Assembly (NCBI RefSeq): GCF_006345805.1
Contig: NC_043003.1
Span: 35,154,001 to 35,218,000 of the forward strand
DNA length: 64,000 nt
DNA from: Octopus sinensis
Lineage: Eukaryota
Reading direction: 5' to 3'
Made by a program: the position numbers and the translations under genes. This document shows, piece after piece, positions 56,850-64,000 of this stretch. The notes beneath the pieces were generated by a model. That model did no database searches. It worked only from the letters and a program-made list of their open reading frames with translations, and was not told where the DNA came from. The stretch's first letter is position 1, and the number at the start of each line of letters is the position of its first letter.

Positions 56850-58090
56850 ACTCCACTCTACACACAAAGAAACAAAAGAAAAAAACGCAAGTACGTTTCT
56901 ACTTGTAAAACATTGAATGAAATAAGCCTAGATTTAAAGTTAACACATGGTCCAGACAGACAATCTAACTTAAGATATATTTGCAATCACAAAATAATAT
57001 GAGAACTATAAATGGAACACCAAACGACGGTTGCGTAATGCAACTCAAAAGTAGCGAATCTAAACAGGAACATAATCACATTGAGAAAGTAGACTGTAAA
57101 GACACACTCAGCACTTAAAAAAACAAACTAAATATCAAAACAGAGTAAAACAAAACACTTGAATCCTTTAAGACTCCTGACCAGCAAATGCCAAATCTGA
57201 ACATAAGAAAAACAAATTAAATAAAGAAAATATACGGAAGATCTAATAATAGGAATTTCTAAAGATGGAAATCATACTTTTGATAGTCTGGATGTAGGAA
57301 TCATTAAAGAACTATAGCAACAGATTTTCTTACAAATACCTCAGAAGGATAAAATTCACCAATAAAATAGCAACGGCAATAAAATATAATGCATATCTGT
57401 CCATCATAGACTTAATGCAAACAAATGCGAAAATCAATATGACCAGGTTAACGAAATAATATACGAGGTGCCATTGTTGGATAGGACACTGAGTACTCTT
57501 TGAGATCTATTCATGTAGGAATGCAGACACCCACCCCACAAAAAAACAAAATAAATAAAAAATAAAGCGTGGGACATAAACTTACAGAAAATTATAAGAG
57601 ATAAGATTTCTAGATCTGTAATGAAATCAATAAAGAATTGCGCTAATGAAAAAGTACTACAGAAATATATGTAATGTAGAAAATATCTGAAATCCACTAG
57701 AACCGGAAACAAGGAATCGGGAGCTGTTAAAACGAGAGCGATTCTTTGAATAAAGGAAAAGAAATATAAGCAAATAATATATGCAAATATATGTAAGCAA
57801 TTTTATTAAGATCTAAGTTGAAGTAAAACAAAAATTAGTGCAACATCAAGAGCATGATAAAGATGAGAGTTCTGGGCAGAGATGGATTAAAACTGGATAC
57901 GACTGACGACTGTTTGAAAATACCAGTACAACATTGAATTAACTTTGGAAGCCATAACAACACTACAATAGCCAAGATACTACAACAACTAAACGGCAAC
58001 ATGAAAGAAAGACCTGGCGAAAACGTACATTTCTGATTGAAAAATGTAGCAGGAACGCATAAAGTTAGCAGTGACATTTAATAAGATATC
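56850..58090 (+). mobile_element. Possible highly decayed RTE-like LINE remnant
   Basis: Microsatellite-free, strongly A-biased stretch. About 57945-58050 translates FGSHNNTTIAKILQQLNGNMKERPGENVHF*LKNV, loosely like the RTE FGH..(L)AK.ILQG...R.RGR....W..N motif. Boundaries are uncertain. Confidence 0.35.
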
Positions 58091-58239
58091 GACGGAGTAG
58101 GTGGTGGTGGAAGAGGAGAAGAAGTGAAGGAGAAGGAAGAGGTGGAAGAAAAGGAGATGAAGTGAAAGAGAAGGAGGAAAACAACAACAGTAGCCACAGC
58201 TGCAACAACGAAAGAATGAAGAAATGCATCTCTATAGAG

Positions 58240-58590
58240 ATAGAGTATCTCTATTTCGTCTCAAGTTGGTAGAAAATTAATATTTGTCATGTTTACCGTC
58301 ATTTAGTATGGTATCTATACTTTTCATGATAGTCACTAATTAGCTGTCTATTTGTCACGTTACTCACTAGATAGTACATCTGTATTTATTATGTTACCCC
58401 ACATTAATTTTTAAAGTATTCGACATTTGTCATCTATATTTGTCAAGGTAGTTTGTAGTTAGTAGAGTACCTTTATTTGTCATGGTAGTAGAGTATCTAA
58501 ATTTGACTTCTTAATCTATTTCAGTGGAGTGTTTATATTTCTCATCTTAGTACAAAGTCTATATCTATATTTGTCATGCTAGTAGTCACT
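58240..58590. repeat. Degenerate minisatellite (unit roughly 26-35 bp)
   Basis: Recurrent ATCTATATTTGTCATG.TAGT(AGAGT) variants, about 9-10 copies. Confidence 0.7.
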
Positions 58591-59659
58591 TGTAAATCGA
58601 TAGTTCAGAAATATTCTGACGACTAAAAGTTAATCTGTTGATTTAACTTCATCAAATTCTTTGTCAGTTATAGAGAAAAGGAAATCCAACCGTTAATTAA
58701 CTAAGGTAACAATTCCTCTATTGTGTCTTGGTTGATTGTTTGATATACTGCATTCATTGAATTACATACAAATGTAGGATAAAGGTTTAGTCTTACTGTT
58801 ACTTATACTAGGGACAGATTTATTGAGCAGTCCTGTGATGAAAGACATTTCAGTCATCACTATTTTACCTTTTCGTATAAATTAGACTAGATTGGGTAAT
58901 ATTCCCTTCCTTTTTATAGGAAGGAAATATTGTGACTTGAAGAAATTTGGCTGCTATTTCCAGCACTGCACTAAGTGTTGGACTGCACGAAAGCTTCTTC
59001 AATGATGAAACAGTATGTGCCGTAAACACATACATTTACTCATACATGTGCGCATACATGTATCATATATATAGTTATAAAAGTCACATGTTCTCAACAC
59101 ACAATTTTCCCATTTAATCAAAGGTAGAGCAGATGCGTTCATGATCTTTGAATCCTTCTCGGTCTATTAAGATTGATGCGGCTGATATTCAGTTTGAACA
59201 ACGGTAGACTGATTCAGTGGTAGATTAGGAGACTTTGGTGTAAATTCAACAGTGTCATAGGTTTCGATATATCTGATACATGATCAGAAATTATAATCCA
59301 GCCACAATTTCATGCTATAATCTATTATAACAGTATGGTCGGTATGAAAATGACGAGTTTCTAGAAAATTTATGTTTTTGATACTTTACCAGTTTTACTG
59401 ACGAAAACGGAGACAGATTCCCCATATGCTGCGTCTGGACGATGGTACATGAGAACAGATAATTGTCAACTTCTCCAGAAGATAGGAAACCGCGGGAGAG
59501 GTATGCTGGGAGTATGAAAAACATGTTTTACATGTTTCCCTTTTGACGTGAGAACTTTAACTAGGTTTTAAGTCCCATTCATTGATATGTTTCAGCTAAT
59601 TTGTTCTATTAAGTCTAATGTGCATACAGTTATAGAAAAGTACAAGTACACAAGTAATA

Positions 59660-59838
59660 GTTGTTTCAAATTTTGGCACAAACCAGCAACTTTAGAACAT
59701 ACCAGTGCTCAAATGGTACTCATATTATTGATGACAGAATACAGGACAAAGGCGACTTCGACGAGATTTGAACTCTTAAAGCGCGTAAAGAGCCTGGAGA
59801 CATACTGCTAAACATTTTCTCCGACGCGTAACAATTCG
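59660..59838 (-). mobile_element. Degenerate SINE, family A
   Basis: GTTTCAAATTTTGGCACAAACCAGCAAC...CCAGTGCTCAAATGGTACT...AAAGGCGACTTCGACGAGATTTGAACTC...TACTGCTAAACATTTT. Confidence 0.7.
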
Positions 59839-60991
59839 AACTTGTACAATAATGGTTTAGCACCTTAATATACAAGTAGTTATTGGAACAACTTTCAAGT
59901 GCTCAGATGTGTCCTTTAATTTGTATAAAAACTGAAAATATTTAAAAGTTTCCAAATAATGATAAATATTTATATTACTCTTTGATAAAGACTAAAGTAT
60001 ATTAAATACAAATGAAAATAAATTATCTCCTTGTATGAATTTGCGATTAATTAAAAACATATAATTATATTACTTCATGTATTAATAATGAGATCAAGAA
60101 AGAACAGCAGTCAATAATCCTACTAAATAAAAGGAAACCTTAAAACAAACTTAATCACGGTGTTATTGATGATTCATTTCATAAAACACAAGTAACTTTC
60201 CAAATAGTAACACGTGAACTTAGATGAAGGTCAATGAGACGGTTATAAATTCTTAGTAATATTAATTAAAATGAAGCATCCCTACCCTTAAAATGTTTGT
60301 ATATGAAACTAAATAAATAATTAGCTAGAATAATATAGTCTATACTTAATGAGTATATTTCAGACATGTGAAGTGAATGTGCAAGTAAATGGAAAGTGTT
60401 CTACTTTATGGTTACTCGGTTGCTACTTATGCATCATATAAGAAAAAGGAGGCCGCTGTTATTACTGATTCTCCCTAGAACATCCCATTTCATCCATGTC
60501 CATACTATCATTGTGAGTATCTAGGATTACATTAAATAATGTGTCTTCTTTCCTTCAGAGAGAAATAGGAGAGAATTGCTATTTCCAACACCATCTAATA
60601 ACTGGGTAAAAATCTCCTGGCTGGTAGACGCAACATATCCGTGTGCTTACATTAAAATGGAAATATCCTCAGCACTAGGCGTTCCTTGCCATAATCAGGG
60701 GTGAAACGGTCGCGATCATATATTTTGCAACACTTCTGATATTGTTACGATTGGTGCAGTTAATTTTCAGGTTCAGCAATGTTAATTTTGGTGACTGAAG
60801 GACACTTTAAACAAGTGCAGAGTAAAGACAACCTGAACAGTAAGGCTAAGTACAACCATTAGACTGTATCTGCGCAAATAGCAATCATCTTTCTTCACCA
60901 ACAAGTCATCCTCTCGATGCTCTACACACAAAAGTCAAATTTTCTCAATTCTCAGTACTCTTTATAGCATGAAGGACATATTGGCCAATGT

Positions 60992-61318
60992 AGCTGGCAC
61001 TCCGTCGGTTACAATGACGAGGGTTCCATTCGATCCGATGAACGGAACAGCTTGCTTGTGAAATTAATGTGCAAGTGGCTGAACACTTCACAAACACGTG
61101 TACCCTTTACGTAGTTCTCAGAGAGATTCAACGTGACACAGAATGTAACAAGGCTGGCCCTTTGGATTACAAGTACTAATCATTTTTCTCATCTGAATGG
61201 ACTGGAGCAACGTGAAATAAAGTGTCTTGCTCAAGGACACAACGTGTCTCTAGCAATTGAAATCGCAACCTTACGGTCATGAGTCTAATGATTTAAACAC
61301 TAAGCCACGCAACTTCAC
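60992..61318 (-). mobile_element. tRNA-derived SINE, family C
   Basis: Minus-strand head GTGAAGTTGCGTGGCTTAGTG (A-box), degenerate B-box, then GTTGTGTCCTTGAGCAAGACACTTTATTTCAC (CORE-like). A short head of the same family lies at about 61935-61960 (-). Confidence 0.85.
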
Positions 61319-61661
61319 TATCAGCAGATGAAAGACATTTGAATGCATTTCAGCATAAGACTTCTAATTCAGAGCTGTGCTGGAGCTAAACAATATAATG
61401 TATCATTTAGAGGCCCTTTTAGAAAAGCTCCCATATCTAGGATAGTAGCGTTTCTTTATTGCTTTTAGGTTAGAAGCTAATAAACTGTAATTACATAAAT
61501 TTAACTGTCAAGAACTTGCATTTACTTTCTTATGTAGAATTTATTTATTAAGTATTCTAAATACATAAACCTACGTACATATACACAAATACACACACGT
61601 ACAAACACAGACACACCCACACCCACACACAAATAGATATGTATATATATATGTATGTATG

Positions 61662-61736
<75 letters not shown>

Positions 61737-61742
61737 ATATAT

Positions 61743-61790
61743 ACTAATGGTTTCACGTGTTGAGAAATACCTCAGACACGCTCATCAGGC
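61743..61790 (-). ncRNA. Partial hammerhead ribozyme motif (core and stem II intact, stem I 3' strand lost)
   Basis: Minus strand: GUGC CUGAUGA GCGUGU C UGAG GUAUUU CUCA ACACGU GAAA C CAUUA GUA, running into (TA)/(CA)n. Stem II has 10 bp. Lies about 280 bp from the Naiad-like endonuclease fragment, in the opposite orientation. Confidence 0.65.
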
Positions 61791-62068
61791 ACAAGCCACA
61801 TATAACGAACTAAAAATTGAAGGAGAGAAGAAACACGAACAGTTGGGGAAAGGGAGCATATAGAAAACTTTGAAACTTAAGAAAACGGAAACCGAAAAAG
61901 TAAAACTTAAAAATCAAAAAAATTAAAGGGTTATACTAACCACTAAGCCACACACCTTCGCTGTCGGACGACGAAGTTCGATGCACAAAGGCAGCTGAGT
62001 GTGGTTTAAATGTATTTCACCATAAAACCTCTCATTCAGAGCTGTGCAAAATAATATAATATATAACC

Positions 62069-62530
62069 CACAGGTACAGGAAAATATTTGATAGGCGTTC
62101 TGGGAAATTTTCACATTGCTACCGTCCCAGTATGAAAAGTATCATTACACGAGGTCAATAACAGGAGCCTAAATCCAGTTGTAACTGTGGGGTCCTATGA
62201 TCCTGTCCATGTGACCAACGATGCACGATTGAATCTGTCATATATGAGGCTGAAATTATTGCAGCGCTTGGTGACAAAACAGATAAGAAGACTTATATTG
62301 GATTATATGAAGGGGAATTTTAAAATTGAGATGCAAATCACATAGCCTCCTTCCGACATAAGAACAAAAGCAAAGCTACTAAGTTGGCTAGCCATGTATG
62401 GAATTTGAACTCTAACGCAACACCACACGTGATTAACTGGAAAATAATTGAAAAATCCACATGTTATGTTAATGGATCAAAGAAAAGTAAGCCATGTTTA
62501 GCTGAAAGAGATCATATCCTTTTCAGATCT
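62069..62530 (+). pseudogene. GIY-YIG endonuclease fragment of a Naiad-like Penelope-like element
   Basis: One frame with 4 stops: HRYRKIFDRRSGKFSHCYRPSMKSIITRGQ*QEPKSSCNCGVL*SCPCDQRCTIESVIYEAEIIAALGDKTDKKTYIGLYEGEF*N*DANHIASFRHKNKSKATKLASHVWNLNSNATPHVINWKIIEKSTCYVNGSKKSKPCLAERDHILF. Shows a CxC-x5-C-x4-C linker, VIY..YIG, NH..SF, T.L..H.W, I.W.I and CL.E motifs. Absent from the ORF track because of the stops. Confidence 0.9.
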
Positions 62531-62550
62531 AATATATATATATATATATA

Positions 62551-62629
<79 letters not shown>

Positions 62630-62660
62630 TATATATATATTTACATGTATGTATATGTGT

Positions 62661-62695
<35 letters not shown>

Positions 62696-62710
62696 GTGTG
62701 TGTGTGTGTG
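62531..62710. repeat. (TA)n/(TG)n microsatellite at the end of the Naiad-like fragment
   Basis: Directly visible. Confidence 0.95.
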
Positions 62711-64000
62711 TTTGTTTGTACGTACATACACACATATACATGGACACATCCACATACATGTGTATATGGAAACTGATTCCTCTTAACTACGCGTGATTGG
62801 CAAAATTTTCCTCGTGTGTAACATACCATTAAGTTGCAGTAGAACATATCAGGGGTAAAAACAACATTACCAAATGCTTTCTAAAATATCTCGGTCAATA
62901 CATTTTATCATTACATGTAGACTTTGACAATACGTCGAAATATGATTCTTGCCTACTTGTAACACCTATCAATACAAGCTTCATAAATGTATATATAAAT
63001 GACTGCAAAAATCATTGTTCGAAATAGTATTATAATTGTATTTACTACAAGAACACGAAAGACATGGCATTTTCTTAAGGTTAGACATTTACCATCATAA
63101 TCTCACTATAATCGTATCTGTATTTCAGATGAACGCCAAATAAGATTAAATTTTGAAATATTTGAATAATTACAAGTTTTGCATAGTAAAATTAACACAT
63201 AACATCTGTGGAAATGAATTGAAGTAATATTTCCCAGATATTCAAGAAACTTCACAGTCAGAATTTATATGTAAAGCATCAAAAATTACAATGGAATGAA
63301 AATTAACATAGCGCAACGTCAACAATAACACACAAGTTGTCAATCTTTCGTCAACTTTTCTAACGTCTAATGCATGTAGAAAATGTGTTGAAAGAAGGGT
63401 TGAGACTTCCAAAAATCTTCAGTTATAGGAAGAAAATTGGAGAACAGTCTAATACGAGCTGTGAATTTGAAGCAATGTCTAGATGAGGAAAATATAACAT
63501 ACAAGTACATCATGTTATTATTTAAGCCCAGTTAAAACCTGATCGAGCTTAATTATTGTGAAAGGTCTCATGGAGATGGGCAAGCCATTTTTCCTGCTTC
63601 CTTTTTATATCTATGAATAATTTGATGGCATACTTCTGACATACAGCAAGTAGGTATAGGGTTTCTCACAACGTATATGTAAGCCATGCAAGACTAAAAG
63701 ACAGAAGAGAAATATAATTGGGAAATGCAGGGTAGCAAAACACTTGTCATATTTGCTGTTACATTCAAGAGACACCTTAGATTGTGTTTATTTCCCCAAC
63801 CATCGATACCCAGAGTTTGGTGTGTTTGGTCATTGGAAGTTAAACGTTTTGGTCACATGCAAAATTCAGCAGCGGTAATTTGATACGAACTGCCATCATC
63901 TACCTTAGTTTTTCGATCATTATTTATTGTTTGTGAGCGTATATGTATGCATGTACTTATGCATGTGTCTCTCGCGCTCTCTCCCTCTCTCTATCTCTCG

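Noticed and set aside
62155-62335. In-frame TGA codons in the Naiad-like endonuclease as selenocysteine codons (some Naiads are reported to encode selenoproteins)
   Set aside because: The TGAs do not fall at conserved Cys positions (one replaces the conserved Arg position) and TAA stops occur in the same frame, so this is ordinary decay.

Overview
AT-rich, microsatellite-dense animal non-coding DNA (intergenic or deep intronic). The repeat content (tRNA-derived SINE families, Penelope-like pseudo-LTRs, RTE-type LINE with C2H2 fingers) looks like an Octopus/coleoid cephalopod genome; this is an inference from recalled repeat sequences, not a database match. No intact host gene is recognisable and most of the ORF track is microsatellite noise. 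Supported content: a full-length dead DD34D mariner with TIRs and TA target duplication (28161-29396); a 211-bp mariner deletion derivative; RTE-like LINE 3' fragments carrying C2H2 zinc fingers inside a (TATG)n tract; two different Penelope-like (GIY-YIG) retroelement remnants; many SINEs; and a 376-bp near-perfect fold-back palindrome with a template-switch signature. The most notable signal is a set of hammerhead-ribozyme motifs of three architectures, all next to (TA)n tracts: a complete type I fold at 56211-56290 (-), a partial one at 61743-61790 (-), and a minimal variant with a non-canonical core rebuilt from three pseudo-LTR copies.
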